From: a virus
Taxonomy: Duplodnaviria; Caudoviricetes
DNA: 52,739 nucleotides
IMG/VR virus record: IMGVR_UViG_3300030104_001024
Location: 1 to 52,739 of that record
Direction: 5' to 3' (one strand)
Shown here one piece after another: positions 34,452 to 45,300 of the stretch (positions are counted from its first letter, which is position 1; each line of letters opens with the position of its first letter). A model generated the notes under the pieces. That model did not search any database, was not told the origin of the DNA, and saw only the letters and a program-made list of their open reading frames with translations. Position numbers and translations under genes: made by a program.

Positions 34452-36496
34452 AGATTATATTAGACGTAGAGAATACAACAACCAAGAGGGATGGCAAGTT
34501 ACACCTTGACCCATTTGAGCCTGACAATTCGTTAACACTTGTGGGTGTTCAAGACTATTTAGAAAATGAAAGCTCTGTATTTGTGTTTGACCACAACGAA
34601 AAGGTTATAACAGATGATGATGCAGACAAAAGATTACAAAGAGTTCTTGATAATACGACACTACTAATTGGTCACAACCTACAATACGATTTACAATGGT
34701 TGTGGGGATGCGGATTTAAGTATGATGGAGAGATATTTGATACAATGTTGGGTGCTTATATACTCCAACGTGGTCAGAAGGGGTCTGTGAGCCTTGAAAA
34801 CTGTGCTGAGAGGTACAATTTAGAGGTAAAGAAGTCTGATACACTCAAGGATTACTTTAGACGAGGTTTTCAGACAAATGAAATACCTCTTGACGAATTA
34901 TCTGAGTATCTACGTCAGGATTTAGTCGTTACAAAGGATTTATATTGGAAATTAATGGAAGAATATGACAAGCCAGAGGGAAAGACACTTGACAAAGTGC
35001 TAGATGTTTCAAACAAGGTGTGTAAGTCCCTTGCAAAGATGTATATGAGAGGGTTTGCTATAGATAAAGACGTATTAGAAGAAGTGAAGCAGGACTTTGA
35101 AACAGAGTTGAGAGAGATAGAAGAGAGATTGCAGAGCCAAGTGAAGAGACTGATGGGCGACACACCTATCAACCTCAATTCGCCAGAACAAGTGAGTCAA
35201 GTTATATTTTCTCGCATACTCAAGAATAAAAAAGAGTGGGTACTTGCCTTTGATAATGTGCTTGACAAAGACGACTTTCGTAAAACTGTCAAGGATAACA
35301 GTTACTTAATGGTAAAAACTAAAGCAAGTATTTGCCACACATGTAAAGGCAAAGGGCGAGTACACAAGGTTAAGAAGGATGGCACACCATTTGCCAAGCC
35401 AAGCAGATGTCCAGAGTGTGACACCAGAGGGTATCTTCTAACTAAGTCAAACTTCATGGCAGGTCTTGGGTTCTTCCCCTTGTCTAAAGATTGGGTAAGT
35501 GCAAATGGCTTTTCCACAAGTAAGGGCAATCTCGACATACTTATTAATATTGCCAAGTCTAAGGCTATGACTGAGGCAGAGGTGTTTCTGACAGACTTGA
35601 AGCGTCAGAGTGCTGTGTCAAGCTATTTATCCTCTTTTGTAGAGGGTATAGGTGCATACACAAAGCAAGATGGTAAGTTACATGTGTCTCTTACTCAGCA
35701 TGTTACCGCTACTGGTAGATTTAGTGGACGCAACCCAAATATGCAGAATATGCCACGAGGCGGTACATTTCCAGTAAAGAAGGTGTTTGTGTCTCGTTGG
35801 GATGGTGGTAAGATAGTGGAGGCAGACTTTGCACAGCTTGAGTTTAGGGTTGCAGCATTTTTGTCACAAGACCAAACTGCTATGGATGAAGTAGGTACAG
35901 GGTTTGACGTGCATTCTTATACCGCTAAGGTTATATCCAATGCAGGACAACCAACTTCAAGGCAAGACGCTAAGGCACACACCTTTGCCCCTCTCTATGG
36001 AGCTACAGGGTTTGGTAGGACAAAAGCTGAGGCAGAGTATTATAAACACTTTATGAAGAAATATAAAGGTATAGCAGGGTGGCATAAGCGTTTGGGGGAT
36101 CAAGCGTTAAATGAGGGCATTGTTACAGTGCCATCTGGTAGACAGTATGCCTTCCCAGATGTGGAGAGAAGAGCAAGTGGTTCGCCTACACATTTTACTA
36201 TGATAAAGAATTATCCTGTGCAGGGATTTGCAACTGGTGACATTGTTCCCATTGTACTTCTGGAAATAGACAAGAGACTAGAGGGTCTACAATCTTGTCT
36301 TGTCAATACGGTACACGACTCCGTAGTAATTGACGTACACCCTGCAGAAGAAACAGAGGTTATTAACCTTATAAAAAAGGTGAATTATGACCTCAATGAC
36401 ATTATAGATAGTTACTATGATGTAAAGATTAATGTTCCAATGGTGCTTGAAGCAAAAATAGGAAATAATTGGCTTGACACCAAGGACGTTATGTAG
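34448..36496 (+). CDS. polA: Family A DNA polymerase with a DnaJ-like zinc-finger insertion
   Basis: Exonuclease motifs DVE, HNLQYD; CHTCKGKG...CPECDTRG; DFAQLEFR, AKAHTFAPLYG, VHDS. Confidence 0.95.
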   Translation: MKIILDVENTTTKRDGKLHLDPFEPDNSLTLVGVQDYLENESSVFVFDHNEKVITDDDADKRLQRVLDNTTLLIGHNLQYDLQWLWGCGFKYDGEIFDTMLGAYILQRGQKGSVSLENCAERYNLEVKKSDTLKDYFRRGFQTNEIPLDELSEYLRQDLVVTKDLYWKLMEEYDKPEGKTLDKVLDVSNKVCKSLAKMYMRGFAIDKDVLEEVKQDFETELREIEERLQSQVKRLMGDTPINLNSPEQVSQVIFSRILKNKKEWVLAFDNVLDKDDFRKTVKDNSYLMVKTKASICHTCKGKGRVHKVKKDGTPFAKPSRCPECDTRGYLLTKSNFMAGLGFFPLSKDWVSANGFSTSKGNLDILINIAKSKAMTEAEVFLTDLKRQSAVSSYLSSFVEGIGAYTKQDGKLHVSLTQHVTATGRFSGRNPNMQNMPRGGTFPVKKVFVSRWDGGKIVEADFAQLEFRVAAFLSQDQTAMDEVGTGFDVHSYTAKVISNAGQPTSRQDAKAHTFAPLYGATGFGRTKAEAEYYKHFMKKYKGIAGWHKRLGDQALNEGIVTVPSGRQYAFPDVERRASGSPTHFTMIKNYPVQGFATGDIVPIVLLEIDKRLEGLQSCLVNTVHDSVVIDVHPAEETEVINLIKKVNYDLNDIIDSYYDVKINVPMVLEAKIGNNWLDTKDVM

Positions 36497-36502
36497 TATA
36501 TT
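36474..36502 (+). promoter_or_regulatory. Sigma70-like promoter
   Basis: TTGACA-N17-TATATT. Confidence 0.7.
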
Positions 36503-36532
36503 CAAATGATTCGTTTTAAGGAGAAACAAAGA

Positions 36533-37414
36533 ATGGAAAATAATTTAGCAGTTATGGGTACGAAGGAAAGCTTGGCAGACATTATGGGAATGTCCAACAC
36601 TCCTCCATCATCACGCTCTGCTCTTGCAGAGATTAAGCAGGTTCACCAGAACATCATGGGGACTAAGAAGGTTGATGGAGAGAACATGGAGGTTGCCGTA
36701 ATCAAGGCAGGTGCGTACTCTGTTACTTTCCCTGACGAGACTGTATATTACAGTTCTACAATAACCATTAGACCTTTCATGCAAAGGTTTCAATGGGAAC
36801 GGTGGGATGATAACTTCACCAGACCTGACGGTGGTTCTGGCAGAATGTTACGATCTGTAATGGGTAAGTCTCTTACAGTGGATTTAAAGGATAACTACGG
36901 AGGTTTTAACTGCGGTAGACCTTCTGGTTATGTCAAGGACTTTTCGTCCTTGCCACAAGAAACACAGGACGTTATGAGAGGTACTAAAAGGTACAAGATT
37001 ATATTCGGAATGTGTACGCTCGATGATGCTAAGGACGAGAACGGTAAATCTGTTGATGTTAAAGAGTTCCCCTTCTTTATGCGTATCAAAAATCGTGATA
37101 GCTTCAAAGCTATGGCAGACATATTTGGTATGATACAACGGAAGAACCGTCTTCCTATTCAGCATAATCTAAAGTTGTCTAGTGAATTAAAGAGTATTCC
37201 TAGTGGTGCGACATACGCAGTTGTCAAAGCCTCTCTAGGGAGTGAAGTAGAGATTACCACTGATGACCAAGAAACGCTGAATAGCTTTGTTGAGTGGGTT
37301 GAATCTATGAACTCAATCACTCTTTCCAAATGGGAAGAGCATAGAAGACCAGAGGAATTGTCTCAAGCAGACGAGGACATTGTATCTTCTATCGTAGAGA
37401 TTGAGGAAGAATAG
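36533..37414 (+). CDS. Probable ssDNA-binding / recombination protein
   Basis: Between polymerase and exonuclease; acidic C-terminus; AAGGAG RBS. Confidence 0.5.
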   Translation: MENNLAVMGTKESLADIMGMSNTPPSSRSALAEIKQVHQNIMGTKKVDGENMEVAVIKAGAYSVTFPDETVYYSSTITIRPFMQRFQWERWDDNFTRPDGGSGRMLRSVMGKSLTVDLKDNYGGFNCGRPSGYVKDFSSLPQETQDVMRGTKRYKIIFGMCTLDDAKDENGKSVDVKEFPFFMRIKNRDSFKAMADIFGMIQRKNRLPIQHNLKLSSELKSIPSGATYAVVKASLGSEVEITTDDQETLNSFVEWVESMNSITLSKWEEHRRPEELSQADEDIVSSIVEIEEE

Positions 37415-38287
37415 ATGAACCATCCTGCGGAACTGGCGATACACGAGTTTCTACAGAAAGTTTCACTTGGTAAAGCCAAGATGAATAAGGCTACCCTCCA
37501 CCACATAGCCAAAGATGTAGAGAGTGCTCTAGCTCGCCAGTTCTCAGGGGAAAAGCGTAAGTTTAAGCTTCGTATGTCTAACTTGGGACGTAAGAAGTGT
37601 CAGCTTTGGTTTGAAAAGAACCGCCCTGAGAAAAGACAAGCTAATTCGCCTTATTTCTTAATTAACATGATACTAGGGGATATTGTAGAAGCGGTATTTA
37701 AGGGACTTCTACGAGCATCTAAAGTAAAGTTTGAGGACAGTAAAAAGGTAGTGTTAAAAACTAAAAAGAAAGACATAGAGGGAAGTTATGACTTAGTTCT
37801 AAACGATAAAGTAGACGATGTAAAGTCTACGTCACCTTGGTCTTACGATAATAAATTCGTGGACTTCAGCACATTAAAGAGTAAAGATAGCTTTGGCTAT
37901 GTTGCACAACTCGCAGGGTATGCTAAGGCTAGAGGAGTAAAGGCAGGAGGTTGGTGGGCAGTTAATAAAGCCAACGGAAACTTCAAATATGTTGATGCAG
38001 ACGATCTTGACATGGAAGAAGAATTAAAGAAGATAGACGAGACTATTGCCTACATAGAAGATGACGAGCCTTTTGAAAGATGCTACGAACCCATACAAGA
38101 AACATATTATGGCAAGTCTAGTGGTAACACAAAGCTAGGTATAGAGTGTAGTCTATGTTCTTTTAGAGATGCTTGTTGGACAGATCTTCAAGTTTTACCA
38201 TCAAAAGTCTCCAGATCATCAAACCCTCCTCTAATTAATTATGTAAAGGTTGCAGATGGCGAAACTAAAGTTAAAGAGCAAGTTTGA
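37415..38287 (+). CDS. PD-(D/E)xK exonuclease
   Basis: LRMSNLG..C, G.YD, DDVKS, YVAQL..Y, C..C...C. Confidence 0.75.
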   Translation: MNHPAELAIHEFLQKVSLGKAKMNKATLHHIAKDVESALARQFSGEKRKFKLRMSNLGRKKCQLWFEKNRPEKRQANSPYFLINMILGDIVEAVFKGLLRASKVKFEDSKKVVLKTKKKDIEGSYDLVLNDKVDDVKSTSPWSYDNKFVDFSTLKSKDSFGYVAQLAGYAKARGVKAGGWWAVNKANGNFKYVDADDLDMEEELKKIDETIAYIEDDEPFERCYEPIQETYYGKSSGNTKLGIECSLCSFRDACWTDLQVLPSKVSRSSNPPLINYVKVADGETKVKEQV

Positions 38288-38645
38288 GTATGATGTAGCA
38301 AAGTGGCTTAGATCAGTTAAACAGAAGGTTAGGTATGAAGAAATTAGAATTAAATACGCTGTCTTACGACACAGGTACTATAAGCCTGACTTTATTCTTA
38401 ACAATGGTATTATTATTGAAGCGAAAGGATGGCTAAGACCGAGTGACAGAACCAAACATTTATTAATAAAAGAACAGTATCCTGACCTAGATATAAGGTT
38501 TTTATTTCAAAATGCTAACAACTTTTTAAGGAAGGGATCTAAGACACGGTATTCTGATTGGTGTGATAGACACGGCTTTTTATATGCACACCAAGAGATA
38601 CCAAAACAATGGTTGACAGAACGGAAAAAAAGGATAAAACTATAG
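38256..38645 (+). CDS. Endonuclease I (T7 gp3-like resolvase)
   Basis: SKFE, YKPDF, IIEAKG, LDIRFLF, YSDWC. Confidence 0.85.
   Translation: MAKLKLKSKFEYDVAKWLRSVKQKVRYEEIRIKYAVLRHRYYKPDFILNNGIIIEAKGWLRPSDRTKHLLIKEQYPDLDIRFLFQNANNFLRKGSKTRYSDWCDRHGFLYAHQEIPKQWLTERKKRIKL
38613..38640 (+). promoter_or_regulatory. Possible promoter
   Basis: TTGACA-N16-TAAAAC. Confidence 0.4.
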
Positions 38646-38649
38646 TCTC

Positions 38650-38973
38650 ATGGAAAAACAATACATAAAAAAAGATGATTATGCTCTGGTTATATCCGTT
38701 GACACAGATGATCTTGGTAGAGCTACAGGAGAGAGTACGTTCAATTTATTATATAATGACGACAATAAGTGGGACAAAGGGACGCATGACGGTGTAATTG
38801 ATATGTTGACAATTATGATGGAAGTGATTAGAATAATGGAGATTGATTCTGAGTTTAGACATATGATGTCAGGCTTCCTACAAAAGCACACACCTAAAGT
38901 GCCTAAGCTCGAAGTTGTAGAAAATAAAGATAACATTATTAGAGTAGATTGGAGTGATAAAGATGAAAGATAA
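38650..38973 (+). CDS. Hypothetical protein
   Basis: ORF track. Confidence 0.55.
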   Translation: MEKQYIKKDDYALVISVDTDDLGRATGESTFNLLYNDDNKWDKGTHDGVIDMLTIMMEVIRIMEIDSEFRHMMSGFLQKHTPKVPKLEVVENKDNIIRVDWSDKDER

Positions 38974-39190
38974 TGTAAACCATCCAGAACATTATACTAA
39001 CGGAAGTATAGAATGTATAGAGGCAATGAAAGCTATGATGGAAGGGTCTAGTGTGTCTCCTTTCATTGGGGATCTGTGGGGTAATGTGTTTAAATATGTA
39101 TGGAGATGGGATAAGAAAGGCATACCCTTAGAGCAATTACAAAAGGCTAGATTTTATTTAAACAAAATGATTAGTGAGTTAGAAAAATGA
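38963..39190 (+). CDS. DUF3310-family protein
   Basis: DNVNHPEHY...IECIEA...GN..KY.WR...K...L.KA..YL. Confidence 0.8.
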   Translation: MKDNVNHPEHYTNGSIECIEAMKAMMEGSSVSPFIGDLWGNVFKYVWRWDKKGIPLEQLQKARFYLNKMISELEK

Positions 39191-39360
39191 AGTTCACAGT
39201 AAATATGATAATAGAGGTAGACGAAGAAGAAAACATACTACCTATAAATTATGATGGAAAAGAACAAGATGAACAAGCATTAAAAGATTTACTAAAAGAC
39301 TATTTATTTGACATTGATGGAATAGCGTTGGAAGGAGTGAAAATTAAAAAGCATGGTTAA
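39187..39360 (+). CDS. 57-aa acidic protein
   Basis: Manual: MKFTVNMIIEVDEEENILP...; ATGA coupling. Confidence 0.55.
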   Translation: MKFTVNMIIEVDEEENILPINYDGKEQDEQALKDLLKDYLFDIDGIALEGVKIKKHG

Positions 39361-39679
39361 ACAAAAAATAAATATGAAAGTGTATGGAGAAGAAGTAGAG
39401 AAGTTAATTGTCACAGAAAAAAAGAATAGACTTATTGAGAATACACTAGGTCTAGTTGGTGAAGCAGGAGAAGTAGCGGAGAAGATAAAAAAAGTAGTTA
39501 GAGATAAAGAGTTCTCTAAGGAAGAAGTCGAGAAAGAGTTAGGTGATGTATTGTTCTATGTTACAGCTTTAGCTAATTATATTGGCACAGATTTACAGAC
39601 AGTAGCTACAATAAACTTAGAAAAACTACATGACAGACGAGATAGAAATAAAATACATGGATCAGGGGATAATAGATGA
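39353..39679 (+). CDS. mazG: MazG-like nucleotide pyrophosphohydrolase
   Basis: LGLVGEAGEVAEKIKK, ELGDVLFY, GSGDNR. Confidence 0.85.
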   Translation: MVKQKINMKVYGEEVEKLIVTEKKNRLIENTLGLVGEAGEVAEKIKKVVRDKEFSKEEVEKELGDVLFYVTALANYIGTDLQTVATINLEKLHDRRDRNKIHGSGDNR

Positions 39680-41577
39680 AAAGCACACTACCAACAGACT
39701 ATCAATCATTCATAGCTATATCTAGGTATGCTAGATGGCTACCTGATGAAAATAGAAGAGAAACGTGGGAAGAAACAGTAAGTAGATATATAGACTTTAT
39801 ATCAACAAAGGTCTTAGGTAACTTACCTTTAACGGAGCTAAAAAGAGCTATAACTGGCTTAGAAGTTATGCCAAGTATGAGAGCATTAATGACTGCAGGT
39901 CCTGCCCTTGAAAGGGATAATACAGCAGGTTACAACTGTAGTTACCTACCAGTTGATGATCCAAAGTCTTTTGACGAGGCTATGTATATACTATTGTGTG
40001 GTACAGGTGTAGGTTTCTCTGTTGAAAGACATTATGTAAGTAAGCTTCCAGACATTCCTGAAGTTATTGAAGAGGTATCTACTATCATAACTGTCCAAGA
40101 CAGCAAAGAAGGATGGGCAAAAGCACTGCGTAAGCTCATAGGACACCTGTATATGGGTGAGCTACCACAGTGGGACATATCAAATGTCAGACCTGCAGGT
40201 GCTAGGCTAAAGGTATTTGGTGGTAGAGCTAGTGGTCCTGCCCCTTTGGTTGACCTCTTTAACTTCACTGTGTCTTTGTTTAAGCATAATGCAGGACGTA
40301 AGTTATCAAGCTACGACTGTCATAATCTTATGTGTAAAGTTGGGGAGGTTGTTGTCTCTGGTGGTGTAAGACGATCCGCTATGATTAGCTTATCTAATTT
40401 ATCAGATGGACGTATGAGACACGCTAAGTCTGGCAAATGGTGGGAATCAGCACCACAGATGGCTCTTGCTAATAACTCAGTGTGTTATACTGACAAACCT
40501 GATGGCGAGACATTCTTACGTGAGTGGTTGTCTCTTGTGGAATCTAAGTCAGGAGAGCGTGGTATCTTCAATAGAGTGTCTTCTAAGGAACAAGCAAACA
40601 AGTATGGTAGAAGAGATCCTAACTATGACTTTGGTACTAATCCTTGCAGTGAAATTATACTTAGACCTTATCAATTTTGTAACCTTACAGAGGTTGTAAT
40701 ACGAGAGAAGGATAAGTTTGAAGACTTGAAAAGAAAGGTTGAGCTTGCTACTATACTTGGTACAGCACAGTCTACCTTAGTAAAGTTTCCTTACCTCCGT
40801 AAAATATGGAGAACAAATACAGAAGAAGAAAGACTTCTAGGTGTTAGCCTTACAGGGATAATGGATAACGAATTGACAAGTGGAAAGAAACATGGACTCG
40901 ATAAAACACTCGAAAAGCTCCGACAAGTTGCCGTTGACACAAACAAAAAATGGGCAGAAATATTCGGAATACCGCAAAGCACCGCTATCACCTGCGTTAA
41001 ACCCAGTGGGACAGTATCACAGCTTGTTGACTCAAGCTCTGGTATCCACCCTCGTCATAGCCCTTATTATGTTAGGACTGTCAGGGGTGATAATAAAGAT
41101 CCTCTTGTTGAGTTTATGAAGGACAGTGGTATACCAAATGAACCAGACTTTATGAAGCCTGATGGACAGACGGTATTTAGCTTTCCTATGAAGTCACCTA
41201 AGACATCTATTATGCGAGATGATATGACAGCAATACAACAGCTAGAGACTTGGCTCATATACCAGAGGCACTGGTGTGAGCACAAACCTTCTGTAACGGT
41301 TTCTGTACGAGATGACGAGTGGATGGAAGTTGGAGCGTTTGTGTTTAAACACTTTGACGAGATGTCAGGAGTGTCCTTCTTACCACACTCCGATCACACT
41401 TATCAACAAGCACCCTATCAGGAATGCACAGAAGACGTATACAATACATTTAGCAGTAAATTCAGAAAGATAGATTGGAAATCCTTTATGAGTTATGAGA
41501 AAGAAGATACAACAAAATCTTCACAGACTTTTGCCTGTTCTGGTGATAGCTGTGAAATAGTAGATATAGGAGCATAA
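39676..41577 (+). CDS. nrdJ: Class II (B12-dependent) ribonucleotide reductase
   Basis: PSMR, YNC, GGVRRSA, TNPCSE, CNL, KPSGT, C-terminal CSGDSC; no beta subunit gene. Confidence 0.9.
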   Translation: MKSTLPTDYQSFIAISRYARWLPDENRRETWEETVSRYIDFISTKVLGNLPLTELKRAITGLEVMPSMRALMTAGPALERDNTAGYNCSYLPVDDPKSFDEAMYILLCGTGVGFSVERHYVSKLPDIPEVIEEVSTIITVQDSKEGWAKALRKLIGHLYMGELPQWDISNVRPAGARLKVFGGRASGPAPLVDLFNFTVSLFKHNAGRKLSSYDCHNLMCKVGEVVVSGGVRRSAMISLSNLSDGRMRHAKSGKWWESAPQMALANNSVCYTDKPDGETFLREWLSLVESKSGERGIFNRVSSKEQANKYGRRDPNYDFGTNPCSEIILRPYQFCNLTEVVIREKDKFEDLKRKVELATILGTAQSTLVKFPYLRKIWRTNTEEERLLGVSLTGIMDNELTSGKKHGLDKTLEKLRQVAVDTNKKWAEIFGIPQSTAITCVKPSGTVSQLVDSSSGIHPRHSPYYVRTVRGDNKDPLVEFMKDSGIPNEPDFMKPDGQTVFSFPMKSPKTSIMRDDMTAIQQLETWLIYQRHWCEHKPSVTVSVRDDEWMEVGAFVFKHFDEMSGVSFLPHSDHTYQQAPYQECTEDVYNTFSSKFRKIDWKSFMSYEKEDTTKSSQTFACSGDSCEIVDIGA

Positions 41578-41578
41578 C

Positions 41579-41815
41579 ATGGGAACTGTAATTATATACG
41601 CAACACTCCTTTTAAATGGTATGGTTGATGTAGTTCAATATAAGGGCAATACATTCCAAACGAGTGAGGCTTGTATCACTTACTTAGAAGAATATAACGT
41701 GCATATAAACAAAACACTTAAAGAACATATAGAAAAGAAAGAGAAAGGTGCTACGGTTCTTTTTATTGGATGTTCAGAAATAGGTAAGCTTACTAATAAT
41801 GAAACAACAACTTAA
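41579..41815 (+). CDS. Small exported two-Cys protein
   Basis: Hydrophobic N-terminus; FQTSEAC...C. Confidence 0.5.
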   Translation: MGTVIIYATLLLNGMVDVVQYKGNTFQTSEACITYLEEYNVHINKTLKEHIEKKEKGATVLFIGCSEIGKLTNNETTT

Positions 41816-42050
41816 AGAAAGAAAAGAGACTCCTTTTAGTCAGGGATTCAGGGTCTTCAGAAAGGGAAAGCTAATTCCTAACACGAAGATGCTGATGGGT
41901 AATCCATTCTACCCACAGAGTAGGTCGTTTAAAGAATGGGAACGTGGCTTCACTGTCGCATATTATCGAAACTTGGAGAGGTTGGATGAACAGAGCGAGA
42001 AAAGAAGCAGAGAAAGCTTTCAAAAAAACGGAGGTAAAGATGGAAAGTGA
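41799..42050 (+). CDS. Hypothetical protein
   Basis: G...F..G....NPF......EW.RGF pattern. Confidence 0.5.
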   Translation: MKQQLKERKETPFSQGFRVFRKGKLIPNTKMLMGNPFYPQSRSFKEWERGFTVAYYRNLERLDEQSEKRSRESFQKNGGKDGK

Positions 42051-42297
42051 CGTAAGTATGGAAGAAATGGCAGATCAAATCAAAGAGTTGGAAAAACAAC
42101 TGCTTGAAATGAGAAGGGTTTATCGTGAAAGAAAAATGGCAGGTCTTAAATCTGCTATGGAAGCACGTAAATCTGCAGAGGAGGCTGTAAAAGAAGAGCT
42201 AAAGGCTCTTGGCATTGAATATAGTTACTCTAAGAAAAATCATTCTTGGACAGGTTTTGACCCTTCCATGCCTTTTCATCTTAACTATAAACTATAA
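42040..42297 (+). CDS. Coiled-coil hypothetical protein
   Basis: GGAGGT RBS before the ATG at 42040. Confidence 0.55.
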   Translation: MESDVSMEEMADQIKELEKQLLEMRRVYRERKMAGLKSAMEARKSAEEAVKEELKALGIEYSYSKKNHSWTGFDPSMPFHLNYKL

Positions 42298-42300
42298 ACT

Positions 42301-42332
42301 AAAAAGGGGGAGCTTTGTCTCCCCTTTTTTTT
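42301..42332. terminator. Bidirectional intrinsic terminator between convergent arms
   Basis: AAAAAGGGGGAG-cttt-GTCTCCCCTTTTTTTT. Confidence 0.85.
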
Positions 42333-45300
42333 CTACTTCGTTGTTCTCTTAATGTAGTCGTCACTACTATCCATATAAGCCTCTAATAACTCTAGTTGGT
42401 CATAGCTGAGGTTATCGTAGTCACCTTCCATGTCTATGTTCTTCATAGCCTTACGTATATCTCCATCCTTATACTTCGTATTCAAACTATAAAGTTTTTC
42501 TAACTGCCTGTCCTCTATAATTACAGAACTCTTCATGGAGTCTTTCGTATTCTTCTTCGCTAATTCTAATATTCTGTCTACCTTTTGTTTTTTCTCATTA
42601 GTTGATAAATCTTTAAATCCTTTACTTAACATCAAACTCTTAGCTCTATCTTCTAAGAAGTAAAATATTCTTTGGTTTAAAGCTGAATCAGCCTCTGGTA
42701 CACCCCCAAAAAAACCAACCCTCCAATTAGATCTACCAATAGAATTAAACATTCTCTCCGTATAGCTCTGTTTACCTATCTCTCTGTAACCTACAACTTT
42801 GGTAAATTGAGAGGGTTTAGATATATCTGTTGTGGCACTCTTCTTTTCAGGTGGATTTTCAAGGGCAAGTAAATTTTGGAATATTTCATCCACATATCTA
42901 AAGCTATTATTAAGAACTTTATTGCCCTGTCTCCTGTCTACGTTTACATAATTCTCTCCCTCCATAAACCCTAAAAATTGATTTATTGGGTCAAGTGGTC
43001 TTGTTAGACCTGCACTTACAGTTGTAACAGCCTCTCCAGTTACTGCACCAACAGCATTCATAATACCCTCAATGTCTCCCATTTCAAGACCAATAGCTAT
43101 ATTACCTATTCCTCTTTCGTACACACCTAAACTTCTGTCTACCTGACCTAGACCAAACACATCCCAAAATACTCTTTTTAAATCTTGTGGTGTTTCCTCT
43201 CCTCTAGTCTTATGTGCGACTATTCGAGCAGTGTATTTAAACAAAGAAGCAGGAAAGTCATATTGTTTAGTTACCGTTTCTCCTCCTGAACCTTTTTCTT
43301 GATCCCAAGAGAGTCCTTGATCTATGTATTTTTCTTCTTGTCGAGATAAATAACCTACATAGCTCAACCCTATAGCTCCTTTTATGATACTTTCAACTAC
43401 ATCACCTTCTTGATAAGTTCGTTTACTAAACTTTTCCATTTGAGCTAAAAATTCTTCTGTTAATTCAGCGTTATAACCATTCTCCTCATTAAACTGTTTC
43501 AGCATTTTCTCTTTTATTTTTTCTTGCTTATAATAACCAACTCTATTCCATATTTTTGCAGGAGCATTTAAACCAGAGTAATCTGCAAAAAAAGCCACAG
43601 TGTTATTAAAGAATTGTCCAAATGGTAGAACCAGACCAAATAAAGGAAAACGTCTAGCTTCTTCTATAAGGTAAGCCCCTTTTGCAATGTACCCTGCTTC
43701 TTTTGACATATTACCATACTTTTTACCAAATACAGCTTTTAGAGTGTCATCAACGGCTCTGCTTTCTAGGGCTATATATTCCTTTGTAGGCATTAACTCT
43801 TCCATTCTACCAGAGTTAATGAAATCATCATAAGACATATTATACTGAGTTCGTATTCTCTTATCAATATTGTACATAAATTCTATAGATTTAGTAAGAA
43901 CATCTTGAGCTTGAACACCATAAAGTGCCTGAAAGAAATTTGTGGTTTTTTCACCTGTTCTAAAAAACACATTTTCCATTGGGTCAAAGCCCAAATCTTT
44001 TATCATTTCTTTACTATCTACACCACCTGAAATATAACGCATAAGTTTATCCTGTACGTCAGGTCTAACAGCTAAGTAGTCTGTAAAATCATTGTAGGTG
44101 CTCTCAGGGTCGAGTACGTTACGAAGCTTGTCTTTCTGTAAGCTAAACAAAAGTTTAGCCTTCTGTATAGAATTTGTAGCATTTGCTGTTTTGCCCACTG
44201 CAGACTCAAAAAAAGCTTGAGGGACATAGAGGGAGGCTTTAATAAAATCTGTTATAGATTGCATTACAGTGTAGTTTGACCACCCTATTATGTTTAACGC
44301 AGACGTACCGGGGTTTGTAACTAAACTTCTAATTACATTTCTTTGCACGTAGTCTACACGCTTTCTTGTAGCTGTTAAATAGTCATCTGCCATCAAAGGT
44401 TTAAGAGCTTCCTCCATAGTTTTTGAAGCTTTAGGTGTCTCAATTTTCCCCCTAGCACCTAATGCTTTTGCAACAGGACTAAATAATCTAAGACCTCTAC
44501 CTTGCAAACTGGCATAAGAGGAGAAGTAGCCAGAGAAAAATTCCATAATCTCTTCATCTTCTATTTTTGCTCCTTCAGGTATCCCCCTTTCTTTCATATA
44601 CTCTTTTAAGGCTCTGTTGTAGTCAGGTAGTCTCTTTCTAACATCCGCTTTATTTAACGTGGCAAGAAATTTTCCCATGTCTCTTGGGTTCATTTGTGAT
44701 ACAATGTCAGCTAAAAATTTAGCAGGTTTACCCTCAAAGTTTGCCTCTAAATAATCATCTGTTATACGTACTCCATTTTCTTTAAGATTGTGAACTAACC
44801 CTTGTACACCTAGTTCATCATTTCCCCAGATAAATGTTTTAAAGAAATCATATTCTGCGTAGGAGTCTGTAGGACCTAAAAATTCTCTAACAAGTTTTCC
44901 CTGTGCTTCCTTTTCCTTCATAGTTAAGGACACACCTTTTTGTAACAAATCCCCAAGCGGTGTCAGAGTTACATCTAGATTCTTAGTAGCTTGTTCTACC
45001 CTTATCTGTTTCTCTGCCCTAAGTTTCTCATATATTTGTTTATCCTCACGGCTCAACTTTTTTGATAATACAGTATATGCAGGTGCTACTATACCTGAAA
45101 AAGCAGCTAAACCAGTTTGTATCTGGCTGTACTCCTCTTGTCTCATAGATTTTATCATACCACTTTGATACGCAAGGTCTATGCCCACAGATACCCCCAT
45201 ATCTGTAACTCCTGCGGTGGCTAATTCTTTACCTATTCTTTTCTTACCCTCTTGTTCAGCGAAGTCTTGCATACCCTTTTTAACAAAGTATCTCTCTGCT

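Noticed and set aside
37415-38287. Cas4 as evidence of a CRISPR system
   Set aside because: Ordinary phage PD-(D/E)xK exonuclease in a replication context.
25479-41285. Minus-strand ORFs in the replication arm
   Set aside because: Antisense to clear genes; no supporting signals.
34448-41577. Inteins or introns in the polymerase or RNR
   Set aside because: ORFs are uninterrupted and of normal length, with no intein terminal motifs.
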